DNA of 63,370 nucleotides, the filler included, from Kipferlia bialata (Eukaryota): the NCBI GenBank assembly GCA_003568945.1. It is 6 parts of 6 records of this genome, joined end to end, with 100 filler letters (N's around TTAATTAATTAA, not from the genome) between each part and the next. Parts side by side here need not be neighbours in the genome. Positions count along the whole stretch, not along the records: positions 31,773 to 42,247 come from BDIP01001416.1; positions 42,348 to 52,812 come from BDIP01001418.1; positions 52,913 to 63,370 come from BDIP01001419.1; 3 more parts are not named here. One strand, given 5' to 3'. Under the pieces are notes generated by a model. It made no database searches. It was not told the DNA's origin and was given only the letters and a program-made list of their open reading frames with translations. Below, one piece after another: positions 40,708-53,189 of the stretch (position 1 is the first letter of the stretch; the number at the start of each line of letters is the position of its first letter). Both the position numbers and the translations under genes were made by a program.

Positions 40708-42114
40708 TTGTATAACTTTGTGTGGTGCCTATATCTATATACATACCTGATGAGTGCACTGGGACCTACGGACCTTGCAACAACTAGGTGTGTGTTTATA
40801 TATGTATATATAACTATATGTGTGTGTGTAGATGTTACCCTGGTGCCTATATCTATATACATACCTGATGAGTGCACTGGGACCAACATACCTGGCCACA
40901 ACTAGGTGTGTACAGTATGTATTATTATATTATATTATTATTATAATTATAATATTATATATATATATATATATATATTTCATTATACATTATGATTACA
41001 TTATACATACGTACATACTATACCTATATATGTTTTCTTTCATATATCGCACCGTCAACTCCCTTACCTATCAGCCTTGTGATTGTGCTTGACATTGTGA
41101 TCCCATGGTATATGCAAGATATTCTAACATATCTATATATGTATATATCTTCTCATATGAGTGTGTAGATGGACTCTTACCCCTCAGCGTTGTGATCGTG
41201 CTTGACATTGTGATCCCCTGCACCACTGGGGCAGAGGGAGAGAGACAGGGAGAGAGAGAGAGAGAGCCCCAGCAGCACAGGGTGGGCAGGGTGTCCATGG
41301 CCATCCTACCAGACTCAGACGCGGTTGTTACAGGTATGTTTATGTATATATATATATTTATGTATATATATATATATACTATCTCATTCAATATAGTCAT
41401 ATGTATGGTAATATACTGATAAGTGTCCATGGCCATCCTGCCAGACTCAGACGCTGTAGTGACAGGTACAGGGGCATTGATAATAGTTAGTTAATGAGAC
41501 ATATATAGGTGGTTATATGACTCTCCTCCCGGACTCAGACGCTGTTGTTACAGGTACAGGGGCATTTATAATAGTTAATGAGTAATATATAGGTGGTTAT
41601 ATGGCTCTCCTGCCAGACTCAGACGCTGTTGTTACAGGTATGTAAATTTGTATATGTTGATATACCTATATATATGCATAAGTGTGTATATACACTCACT
41701 AACCCTCCAGGCAAGAGGGGCATTACGGCTGTGACCGATGTGGTATCTGCCATAGTCAGTGGGTCAGCATTCATACCACACAGGTTTGTGTATCTATAAT
41801 GTAAGGAAATATTCTTATCTTCAATACATACAGTACTGGGATGAATTGTAGTGTGAGTGCATCTGCTATAGTCAGTGGGTCAGCATTCATACCTCACAGG
41901 TATGGTAGGGTATGTACATTATATGTGATTATAGTGTTAGTAACCTGGGGAGGACATACCCAACGTCAATGTATTTGGTAGTACCAGGGTAATATCTTTG
42001 TGTACTTTGTATCCCAATCCTCAGGAACTCCAAGCTGACCTTCCTGCTCAAGGACGTCCTGACCCCCACCTCCTCCATCCACTTCATGGTGCACGTGCCA
42101 GTGGATGTGTCTAG
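32167..42114 (+). CDS. Kinesin-like protein with long coiled coil and degenerate C-terminal motor domain (kinesin-14-like layout), partial at both ends
   Basis: Coiled-coil exons from 32167 to ~38810. The motor domain starts at 39013: GSVSVVGLCRG, SVLEGNDVCIFSYGPRASGKAATV (P-loop), MYLSGATKVAVTSADDL, VVSAIVSGSAFIPHRNSKLTFLLKDVL (kinesin L12/alpha5 signature). Confidence 0.88.
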
Positions 42115-42247
42115 GTATATACACACAATAGTATCTAGTGTATATACGTATTGTATATACACTTCATGGTGCACGTGCCGGTGGATGTGGCTAGGTACAA
42201 TGACACATACACTCTTGTATTGGTGTTTCATAGTTGATATACAAGCA

Positions 42248-42347
42248 NNNNNNNNNNNNNNNNNNNNNNNNNNNNNNNNNNNNNNNNNNNNTTAATTAAT
42301 TAANNNNNNNNNNNNNNNNNNNNNNNNNNNNNNNNNNNNNNNNNNNN
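42248..42347. other. Artificial scaffold spacer
   Basis: N44-TTAATTAATTAA-N44. Confidence 0.98.
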
Positions 42348-42509
42348 CCCAGAATATGAAATACTATTTCTACTATCATTTCAAAACCTTTGAGAGGAGA
42401 GACAGGTATTACGAATATCTCTCCAGGACACATATATATCCAGAATATAACATCCTATACATCATTTCAGTACAAACATATATTATGTTACGTATTTCCT
42501 CACTGTTAG

Positions 42510-42588
42510 GGCCGTCGAGATGGAGGGACCCCGAGGTGGGCACTTTTATGTAACAGAGTCTGGCAAGAAGCAATACGTCAAGAAGTGA
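42510..42588 (+). CDS. Terminal exon of a 5'-truncated gene encoding a PBCV-specific basic adaptor domain-like motif
   Basis: Acceptor CTCACTGTTAG, then AVEMEGPRGGHFYVTESGKKQYVKK with TGA at 42586-42588; matches the GPRGGxYxxTxSGxKxYV pattern. Confidence 0.65.
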
Positions 42589-42933
42589 ACATCAGACTGA
42601 CCAGCTGAGTGCCATTGGTCTGATACAGCAGCATATACCATATAACAGACATCTCATTGTCTTTGTTGTACTATAGAGTTGGCCAGACGTAATCTGCAAC
42701 ATAACTAATGCAGCATATGCGTAATGCTAGCCTAGTGTAGATCCACGAGGCAGAATCATGGGTGTGCTATTGAATAGAGGAAGTTGCTATGTGACGTGTG
42801 TCTAGAGACTATGTCAGTGTGTAACCATCTATTATTGCTGACGGGATAACTATATATCAAGTGACGTAATTGCCAACACCTAAATACAACCTGATATGTT
42901 TGATCTCTCTGGCGCAGACACCTTGCTTGGACT

Positions 42934-43905
42934 TCAGTAATCGATGTCCAATATGTCAACCAGGTATATCCTTTTCTCCTGATTAGTGAATAGGTCCTCA
43001 GCCCCAACAATGGCTGTGTTCTCCCCTACACGTACGCACATGCGCATGTACTTGGAGGTTCCCAATAGACCCACCAGACTTCTAATACTCCCTGATACAG
43101 AGGACATCAGAAGAATGCCTCGTTGTTGCCTGATGATGACCCACGGCCCTAAGGGAGTAATGCCGAAGGGTGCCCAGTCTTGACCCATTGACGAGTCTTG
43201 ACCCATTGACGAGTCTTGATCCGTTGACGTCATACGCACACTGGTGGCATTGAATGTGTATGAGTACACGCTCTTGTCGATCCCAATCCAGTACCAAGTT
43301 TCATCACCTGAGCACAATAGCCTCAGAGCACCACCACTATCTTTGTACTTCTCTAGCATTGGCACTGAACTCACTTCTCCGGACTCTGGATCAAAGAGAA
43401 CAGGTGACGTAATTCCTCTCCCGGCCCCAGTTGACACCCACACATACTCTGAAATGACACCAACTGTGAATCTGTACCCACATTGTGGGCCACAAAACCC
43501 TATGGTTTCCTTGAGATCGGTCTCCACACTCCATTTCCTCCACTGGTGTGTATCTAGTGAGAAGACCAACCACGACTGGAGCGAAAACACCAAGGATCCA
43601 TCCTCTCCCTTGTGTGGCTCGAACTGTAGTCCATACACATCACCTCCAATTCTTCCTGCCAACTGAAAGTAGCACTGGAATACTCGGTTGTAGGGTAGAT
43701 GGAAGGTTGGCGCCGGTATCTCCTCATGTGATACACTTCCATCATCATGTGTGGTGAGTATGCCAGCTGTAGTTCTCTCTTCATTGTACACATGGCCAAT
43801 CCAGAGTGTCTGGTTGTTGCCAATGTATGTAGATGTCTCCATGTTGGCGATCAGATCAGAGGGTAGTTCTGTCACATTGACGTCGGGTACTAAGGCACTT
43901 TCCAT
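42934..43905 (-). CDS. Intronless 323-aa hypothetical protein, probably a divergent kelch/beta-propeller-like fold
   Basis: Clean uninterrupted ORF with no microsatellites. Beta-strand-like motifs GRIGGDVY, WLVFSLDTHQWRKW, VLFDPESGEV, PLGPWVII; internal 18-nt tandem duplication (QDSSMG x2). Confidence 0.75.
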   Translation of the reverse strand: MESALVPDVNVTELPSDLIANMETSTYIGNNQTLWIGHVYNEERTTAGILTTHDDGSVSHEEIPAPTFHLPYNRVFQCYFQLAGRIGGDVYGLQFEPHKGEDGSLVFSLQSWLVFSLDTHQWRKWSVETDLKETIGFCGPQCGYRFTVGVISEYVWVSTGAGRGITSPVLFDPESGEVSSVPMLEKYKDSGGALRLLCSGDETWYWIGIDKSVYSYTFNATSVRMTSTDQDSSMGQDSSMGQDWAPFGITPLGPWVIIRQQRGILLMSSVSGSIRSLVGLLGTSKYMRMCVRVGENTAIVGAEDLFTNQEKRIYLVDILDIDY

Positions 43906-44200
43906 TGGATTGCTTACAGTTGGGATTAGAGAAGGTAATAGGAGAGGTTACTGGCCAAAGATACTGTAACGGTGTCGAACTGTATACTTCTACATACATG
44001 GTCAAGGCTCACACTGTAGAGACTCTACAGTGGAGTGGAACCATTGATGTGGGACTGTACTGGTGACATTCTTTTGCTACATTTGGAAACAGAAACTAGA
44101 TATGTACGTTACATCTCTTGGTACATCAAGTACCAACTGAAACGAAGTACGAACCGTGGATTCATAGCAAATACCATGAACATCTATTCATGGTGGTCTT

Positions 44201-47200
44201 TCACTTCTTGGAAAGTGACTTCCTAAAGTGCTTCATCACATTCTCCTCATGCCTCACGTACACCAGCCATCCCACTACATAGGACACAACACATGGAGCC
44301 AGATCAGAGTTTCTGAACATTAATATCACTCTGAATGAAAACACAGAGTTGGGGATTGTTAAAGTAAATATAATAAGTGTATATAAATGTGGGTAGAAAG
44401 TACATATATTCGGGTGTGTGTGGAGTGAAGAACCCTACCTGAACGTCTTTGCCTTGAAGCGCCACCCCTCCTGCACACTCACATTGGTCAGGTGCACTAC
44501 CTGTAGCACCTGGGGTTAATCAGGAAGACGGGCTATATCGCGTAGAAACGATTAGTCGCGTAGTTGCACTCACCTGCTTGTCTAGGTCGGCCAGCCCCTC
44601 CCCGTATGCCTGGACCTGCCTCTCCTTGTCGGGTGCTCCTCACGCAGCCTGGTGATTAGGCGGTGCTACTTATACATATATATGGATACACTATCAGTCT
44701 GATGGTTCGGGGGTGGGGGGCTTATAACATTTCTTCAAGAAAGGAGGGACTGAGAGAGAGAGAGAAAAAGATAGACCCCTGTACCTGACCATGGCCAGGG
44801 CCAGAGATGTGCGAAGGGCAGGGACCAGCTGGCGGATCTCCTCTAAGGGTAAGACATGAGGTTATATAGATAGGACATACACTTACGTGACACAATGTAC
44901 ACATTACAATGTCAGTAATACTACACGATCCCATACCATCGTCGAGTCCCTCCTCTGGGTGCTTGTTGACAGCCAGGGCGAAGATACTCTCCTGCACAGC
45001 GGCAGGCAGCCACTGTCTGAGGTGAGAACACGCTCTTACACGATACACATTTAAGCTACACGATAGACACTGAGGTTACACGATTCCCCATCTACCTGGC
45101 TGCGATGGACAGGTTGAATGGGCTGAGGACGGTGGCAGCCAGTGTAAACACGTTGTAGATAGCCTGGGCCAGGACAGTCTCCACAGCTGGGGTGAGATGG
45201 TACTATTCTTACACGATACAAGTACACTACGCGATACATATGTATAGAGTACCTGTGTCCACAGGTGGCTCCCAGTCCTCTATCAGAGCGATGTTGGCGA
45301 ACTGCGGGTCGTCGTCATCAGCAGCTAGAGGTGAGAGATATGAATAGAGGAAGAATAACATAGAAGGTGTGAGAGAGAAGGAGTTTTCTTACCCTCCGGT
45401 GACTTGTGTGTGCCAAAGAGGTTGGCGAAGGTGTGCCTCAGGATCTTGCCAACCTGAGGGTGAGAAGGAAAGAAGGACGATAGCACATCTTGAATATGAT
45501 CAAATGAAATATCATCTTGAGATGGTATATGTACCTTTCTGTTCTTCTTCTGTCTGTGTCTGGAGCTAGATGACTTGAACAGGGCATACATCCACCTGGG
45601 GTAAGGATAACAAATGAATATCATCTCTCTACTATAGAAAGAGAACGATGAATATGTCTCTAAAGGTGCATATACAATCATACCATGTAGGCAGCTCTGG
45701 CCCACAGTCCTGGTCACTGAACTCTGAGTCGGCATGGACAGACGTGTACTTGGACCTAGGGAGTGAGTGACAAGTAACAAATACTGAATTAGTCATAAAA
45801 TTTGAAAGAATATTGAGAATGAAGTGCACTGAAACGTTACCTTGGAGCCGAGTAGAAGCCGAACATGTATCCGACGTTCTTCATGGCCCAGTATGAGCAC
45901 ACTCTGCCAAAGACAGACAGGGCCTCGGATCGGGATCTGAAGGTTAGAATGGGGAATAGTAATGGGCAATTTCATTATTCAATAAAAGAGAGTGAGTAGA
46001 GTGTGCAACATTGTGTATCACAAATAGAGGCGGTCTGACCTGTCTCCCTCCTTCTTGTATACACTGAGCACAGGTCTAACAACCCCGGCCACGTCGAACC
46101 TAGGGGTTAGAATACACACTCTGTGCAAGATACTACGCGCTATCACTTACGCGATACATATATTCGTACCCCTCATCGATGTCTGGTTGGCGGCTGATGC
46201 AGTCAATATGGGCCTGCTGCAGCCTAAGGGGATGAGAGAGAAGGTAAGGTTCATAATGGGGTCCCAACACAGATAAGTCAAATGCTGTCGCTACCAGTAC
46301 TGTTACACACCTTGGTAGTAGTCTGTCCTCATGGATATAACATGTAATGTGTACTAATACTACCCCTCGCTCTTATGCATCTCTCTCTCTATATATATGT
46401 ATATCATACACTATAGCTACTCATTTACCCACCTTGTGTAGTAGTCTGTCCTCATGGATGTCATTGCATTGGCTGCACCACCGATGGCCATAAGGAGGGT
46501 GCGCTCGGCCTAGAGGGTAAGAAATAGTAAATCATATACTAATAATTGTATATAACAACAGCAGTGGTGCGCTCAGCCTAGGTCTCAGAGGATATGGGTA
46601 TAAATATATCGAAGAATATTTATAGGTGGCCATCAGAAGGGTGCGTTCGCATAATGGTAAGACATTTATATACTATACGTAAATACACGTTAGCACACAT
46701 AGTGTAGAGAAACAGAAGAGTACGCTCACCCAAGAACTGAGAAGTTACGGGTATATAAATATGAGTATAATATATCTATGTATGTGGTGGTGTGCACTAC
46801 AAAATTACAGATACCTACCTGTGTCATTGCCGTGCCCACTGACTCCTCCAGCTCGATCAGGGCAGTAGAGTCAGTCACCTCCTGAAGGGTAATACATCAA
46901 TGAATGAGAATGCCATGAATTAGCAACAATGTACATACATATTCATACTATACCTCCTGCCACGTCCTTCCAAAGTCTGTCGGGTATAGAACCTTCATTC
47001 TCACCTCCTATATGTAACGCATATAGGTTTATAACAGTCTAACCTCCTGCCACGTCCTTCCAAAGTCTGTGGGGTATGGTGACCTGGCCGCATCTACGAC
47101 AAGAGGGGCCAGTACCCCACCCTGCCACTCCTGCACCTGCTTCACAACCCTGGTAAGGTGAGTACACGTCGCGTAAAATTCTAGGTATGTTATTTTGCTG

Positions 47201-50200
47201 TGAGTTGTACCTGAGTCTGAGCAGCAATTGACAGAATGAGCTGTACCCTGTGCCCAGGGCGTCTGTGACGGATATCGTCATCTGGCGCTGGGTGGAGAGT
47301 TGGTTGCCACGGAGGCCTGGAGATATTAGCACTAAACTACACTGCACATACTACATGTAATATATGTGTAAGTAGAATGACTGCTACGTTTCAAACGCTG
47401 AGTGGAGAGCTGGTTGCCACGGAGACCTGGACGTGTAAGCTACACACATATACGTGAGACGTTAAAACCAACACAATGTATACTCGACGCGCCATATACT
47501 AATATGTGTGTACCTAGAGTGGGTGCCACTGCGTTGGTGGCCAGTCTAAGTAGGATCTGGACAAAGACACTCTCCTGAGTGTGGCCAAGGACAGCCCTGG
47601 GGTTAGTCATATATACATATTTACAGACATGTACTGATATACATACATATATACATACATATATACAGATATATATACACTTATCATTACTCTCCTGGGT
47701 GTGGCCAAGGACGGCCCTGGGGTTAGACCTATAACACATATATATATAAATCAAGACATCAATACATTAATACATCCTTATATACAGATATACACTCCTG
47801 TAATGACCCTCCTGGGTATGTCCATGGACGACCATGGGGTTATGAGGCTGTTGAATACGCCACTAGAAGTCACAACTAGATATATAGCAACACTTACAAA
47901 TACATATAATGTAAGTACCTTGCAGCTGCCTGCACACTCAGTAGTCTGATGGCCTGGAGCCCAAAGAAGAGAAGACCGCCCCAGACCTGGGGTTAGAATC
48001 TAGAACTATACATGTGATGGAGAATTCAGTACAGATGACACTGACCTTCTCTGTTGCGAATGGGATGGGGTCACTCTGGAAGGAGAACAGTCTGTCGAGC
48101 GTGTTGGCTGTTGTGAACAGACCCAGCACTGACTCGGCTAGGGCAGCGCACTGCTGAAGGTTAGAGAGAGTACTCTCTAGTCAATTCACACACCTTTTCC
48201 GTTGTCTTTCCCCTCATCATGATCATATGGAAGACATATACTGGAGAATTCTAATATAGAACAATGTAATACATGAGAGTATGGCAACGTCTAAAAGAGA
48301 TACACACATACCTCCACTCCTCTCCCGTTGTCTTCTCTCTCAATCTCCTCGCCGTCATCATTGAAGTGGGGGGTGGTGTCTGGTGGTTACGAGAGGGGAA
48401 GTGTAACACAAATAGAGGGTGGCCATTCAAATACTATGTTAAGACATGTGTTCATGTACCTCTCTCCAAAGGGTGGACAATGTGTAATAATAATATATGT
48501 ACTCTCCATATATATACCTCTCTCGAGCAGGTGTGCTATCTTGGCCGAATACGATCACTCTCCACAAATACTCTCTCAATACAATCTTAATATAGGCATG
48601 TGCTTCCATACCTCTCTCCAGGAGGTGTGCTATCTTGGCCGACAGGTGCTCTGGGGGCTTAATGGTCTTTACCAGCTTGATCAGTCTGTACATCAACGCC
48701 TCGCAGAAGGTGCGCTGCAGTTAGAACTTGAATATTGCTGACATTCCAATAACGGTGAATGTATATGCTTCCCAATGCATGCAAGGAATACATAGTATAC
48801 CTCTGCCTCGTGCCCTATGGCCTCTAGCACAGGCTCAAAGGCCTGGACATGCGTGACAAGACGGTCTGCTAGTTCCTTTGGTGTGAGCCATTTATACTGT
48901 GACATGCAATGGTGATTACCTTGAACAGTGTAATGTGCTGCAGCATTGTGAGTCCCTCTGGTATCTTCACCATGCACTCCTTGTAGGCCAGCTCCTCAAA
49001 GACCTGGGCATGTCAGTACTCTACGCGATTACGTAAATATTACACGATACTAACTACTGTATACTTACGCGATACACTCACCAGCCTGACCACCTCTGTG
49101 CCGTCAACTAGGGAGTCTCTGGAGAATGGACAGTCTGCTACACACTGAGGGTGAGAGACTATTGATTTAGCTGATAGTATGCGTTAGCTACAGGAATGAA
49201 AGGAAACTCTGCTTCAACATGAGTGTGATTTATGTATCAGGGATATATAGTGAAAGTACAATGGACTAAAGGGGAATTACAGTTACCTGCAGGGATGGTA
49301 TGCACAGTGTGTCTATGGTTGTGATATAGTATATATGCATTATGGGAACTGTAGTAAGTGACTGTATATACTATACACTATATACCTGCAGGGATGGTAT
49401 GCAGAGTGTGTCTATGCTGGTGGACAGGGCCTCTGCGGCAGAGACAGACTCAGGCATCTCGGGGGTGAAGAGGCAGTCGTAGTTCTAGGGGTGAGAGAGA
49501 GGAGATAATAGAAATAATGAATATCCAACAAACAGTATTCAGTGCGAGTCAACATACATACACAACAAAAGCCTTCACCTGCAGGTACAGCATCATCTGT
49601 TCTGACACCCTCTTGACCACCTCAATATACATGATATAAAGATATATATAGATATATATCACTCTATATTAACATTGCTCACCTGAAGATATAGTATCAT
49701 CTGCGCTGACACCCTCTTGACCACCTCGCCAGTGCCCCTGGGGGTGAGGCACGTGGGAATTTATGTATATAGTATACCAATATACTATTAATATATATAT
49801 ATATATTAGCGTATACTTATGTCCATCCCTACCTCTCCCTCATCTTCACCTCCTTAGTGGCCTCGTACTGCTATACTTAACACTGTAAGCTATAAATATA
49901 GAGTATTATGTATGCATAATATGAACATACCTCTCCCTCCTATTCTCGTCCTCTGTGTCATCGTCATATGTATATATCAAAATACAAGTACATGTCTAAT
50001 AATAATACATGTCTCTAATTACCAATTACTCATTACACACCTCTCCCTCCTCTTCTCGTCCTCTGTGTCATCGTCTGGGTTGGTGTCCACATCAGCATCA
50101 ATGAGAGGGGCCATGCCGCCTAGGGTAAGAGACAATATCGCATCGAATAACATATCCCGTCTACGTATATAATAGGTATAATACATCGGTATCAATGAGG

Positions 50201-51545
50201 GGGGCCACGCCGCCTGGCGTTAATTCCCATATTATCTCATAAAATGTATTATATCTCTAATATAGTATAATATATACTATATATGTATACACTATATGTA
50301 TCCACTATACACACCCAGCAGAGCACTCATGGCCGAGAGGGACGGTCTGGTGGGGGTCAGACACGAGGACTGGGGGTGAGACATATCGCATGCACTACCA
50401 GATTGATGTATCCGGAAGCAACAAACAAGTCCAACCTGAAATACTACCAGAATGCATATCTGTCATCTCGTTGATGTAACAGGTATCAACATATTTCAAG
50501 ACATACCTGAATCTGCAGCATATATCCGGGTATTCCACACTGAGTGACCTTCTGGCCCGTCCCAACAACGACAATACCTCTACACAATGTATATATATAC
50601 ATATACATATCTATACTAATCCTGAAAGAGGGTATACTGCGTATACTAACCTGAATCTGCAGCATTTCCACCAGTATATCTGGGTATTCCACACTAAGTG
50701 ATCCCCTGGCCCATGAGAGCAGGACAAAGACTAGGCCCACACCCAGTCGGAAGATGTCCTCGGCCTCACTCTCCTGGGGTAAGCTACACGATAGATAGAG
50801 AAGTAGCTACACGAAGTATACATGTCCTCGACCTTGAAGTTACAAGAGACTAATATATAAGTATATATACTAGTATACAACCGATTATTACTGATATATG
50901 GTGCTACACAATCTCTTACCTTGAGACCCTCCATCAGATCCTCTGCGAGTTCAATATACACTTATGCGGAATACTCAACCTAGTATAATCACATTGTAGG
51001 TATTAATATACCTTTAGCCCCGCCATGAGGTCCTCTGCTAATGTAATTACTATATAACATAATTGCTATATCCTTATATATACCTGTAGGTCCGACATTG
51101 CCATGTATAAATATACAATCCCATGTACCTTTAGCCCCGCCATGAGGTCCTCTGCGATGCTTGACCGACAGGGTGCAGCGAAGGAGGGAAGAGATACCAT
51201 GGACATAAACTCGGTGTCACTGGGGGTCAGATATTTGAATATATGTGTAGATACATATATATATATATGTATAGAGAGAGAGAGAGAGAGAGAGAGAGGA
51301 TGGGAGGGACACCATGGACATGAATTCAGTGTCTCCGGGGGGTCAGGTATATGTATATACATGTAGGTATATATATACAGAGAGAGAGATCAGTGTCAGT
51401 GGGGGTTAGGTATATATGGTTAACAAATACATTTGTATGTAGTGAGAGAGAGATAGACCCCGGACACATACAGATATACTCAGTATCTATACACTCACCC
51501 CTTTGCCTTGTATGACTGTGCTCATGCCACCATACATAGGTATGT

Positions 51546-51577
<32 letters not shown>

Positions 51578-52625
51578 CTGTCTATATACATATATCACTC
51601 ACCCCTTTGCCTTGTATGGCTGAGCCCAGGAGACCAGGCATGAGTATATACACATACATATATATGTATCTATTAATCCAAGTATATCTGATACATACCC
51701 CTTTGCCTTGTAGGGCTGTGCCCATGTCACCATCCGAAGCAGGGCATACTCAAGCCTAGGGTCAGATAAGAGCATGTATATACTCTATTCTATATAGTCA
51801 TACAACATATAAATAAAGCCATGTCACCATGCGGAGCAGGGCATACTCAAGTCTGGGTGTGAATAGAATGAAATACAATAAACCTTCATCTATGGATATG
51901 ATCAATAGATGTATAAGTGAGTATGCGAAGAAGGGCATACTCCAGTCTGGGGTCAGAATGTATATCATCAAACATGATATGTATGTGCGTGTGTGAATGT
52001 GTGTACCTGGCCCACTTGTCTATATCCATGTACTAGTATATGGATACAAGTGTACTTTGCCCACTTGTCTGGCAGTATGGATGCCACCACTATATATATG
52101 TGTATTCATACCTGTATATATGTATATATATCCATGTACTAGTATATGGATACAAGTGTACCTTGCCCACTTGTCTGGCAGTATGGATGCCACCACACCC
52201 TCCTCTGGGGCAGCATCCACGGGGAGGGCATCGCTGAGGGTGAGAGAGAGATATATATAGACAGCGAGAGAGAGAGACAGAGACAGAGAGAGGGAGGGAG
52301 AGATAAAGAGTCATCTGGGGCACCATCAACGGAGAGGGCATCGCTGAGGGTGAGACATAAAAATATATATATGTATATGTATATTGAGAGAGAAAGAGAG
52401 AAATTGAGACATATCTGGGGTAACATCCACGGGGAGGGTATCACTGGGAAAGACATAATACAAGCTGGAGTATGTACATATGAAACAATTACATATATAT
52501 ACCATAGTATATGTACCTATCATCAAACCCATCTCCCTCCCCCTCTGTGGGTGACACTGCAGGTGTGGGGTCTGCTGTGACGGGTGCCTCATCCTGCTGA
52601 GAGAGCTCCTGGTCACTGTCCCAGG
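44201..52625 (-). CDS. Large hypothetical alpha-helical protein, ~32 exons, 5' partial; apparent 1-nt frameshift near 44631
   Basis: Continuous phase-consistent exon chain (e.g. LEYALLRMVTWAQPYKAKG, EDIFRLGVGLVFVLLSWARG, RTFCEALMYRLIKLVK, VETVLAQAIYNVFTLAATVLSP) ending KHFRKSLSKK with TGA at 44201-44203. Confidence 0.75.
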
Positions 52626-52724
52626 CTGGGGTTAGGTTACTTATTACTACATAGTTAAAACACAATTGGTATACTATACACGCACATTACTAGCTCCTGG
52701 TCACTGTCCCAGGCTGCGGGTCAA

Positions 52725-52758
<34 letters not shown>

Positions 52759-52812
52759 GAGAGAGAGAGAGAGAGAGAGGGAGAGAGTGCTAAGAGAGCT
52801 CCTGGTCACTGT

Positions 52813-52912
52813 NNNNNNNNNNNNNNNNNNNNNNNNNNNNNNNNNNNNNNNNNNNNTTAATTAATTAANNNNNNNNNNNNNNNNNNNNNNNNNNNNNNNN
52901 NNNNNNNNNNNN
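52813..52912. other. Artificial scaffold spacer
   Basis: N44-TTAATTAATTAA-N44. Confidence 0.98.
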
Positions 52913-53189
52913 ATACCTGGGGTAAATAGGGGTGTAGAGAGAGAGAGAGAGAGTGATGGTGCCATACATAGGGTAAAGAAGGGTGTACAGAGGGAGAGAG
53001 AGAGAGAGAGTGATGGCGCCATACCTGGGGTAAAGAAGGGTGTACAGAGGGTGAGAGAGAGAGATGTAGGAGAAGATGTGAACTCATAAATACTCACTTG
53101 GATTCGTGTACAGTGTATACCCCATTCACTGTCTCCACTGTCACTGTGCAGTGATATATATAATATAATCTCTCTATACACTGTACTCA

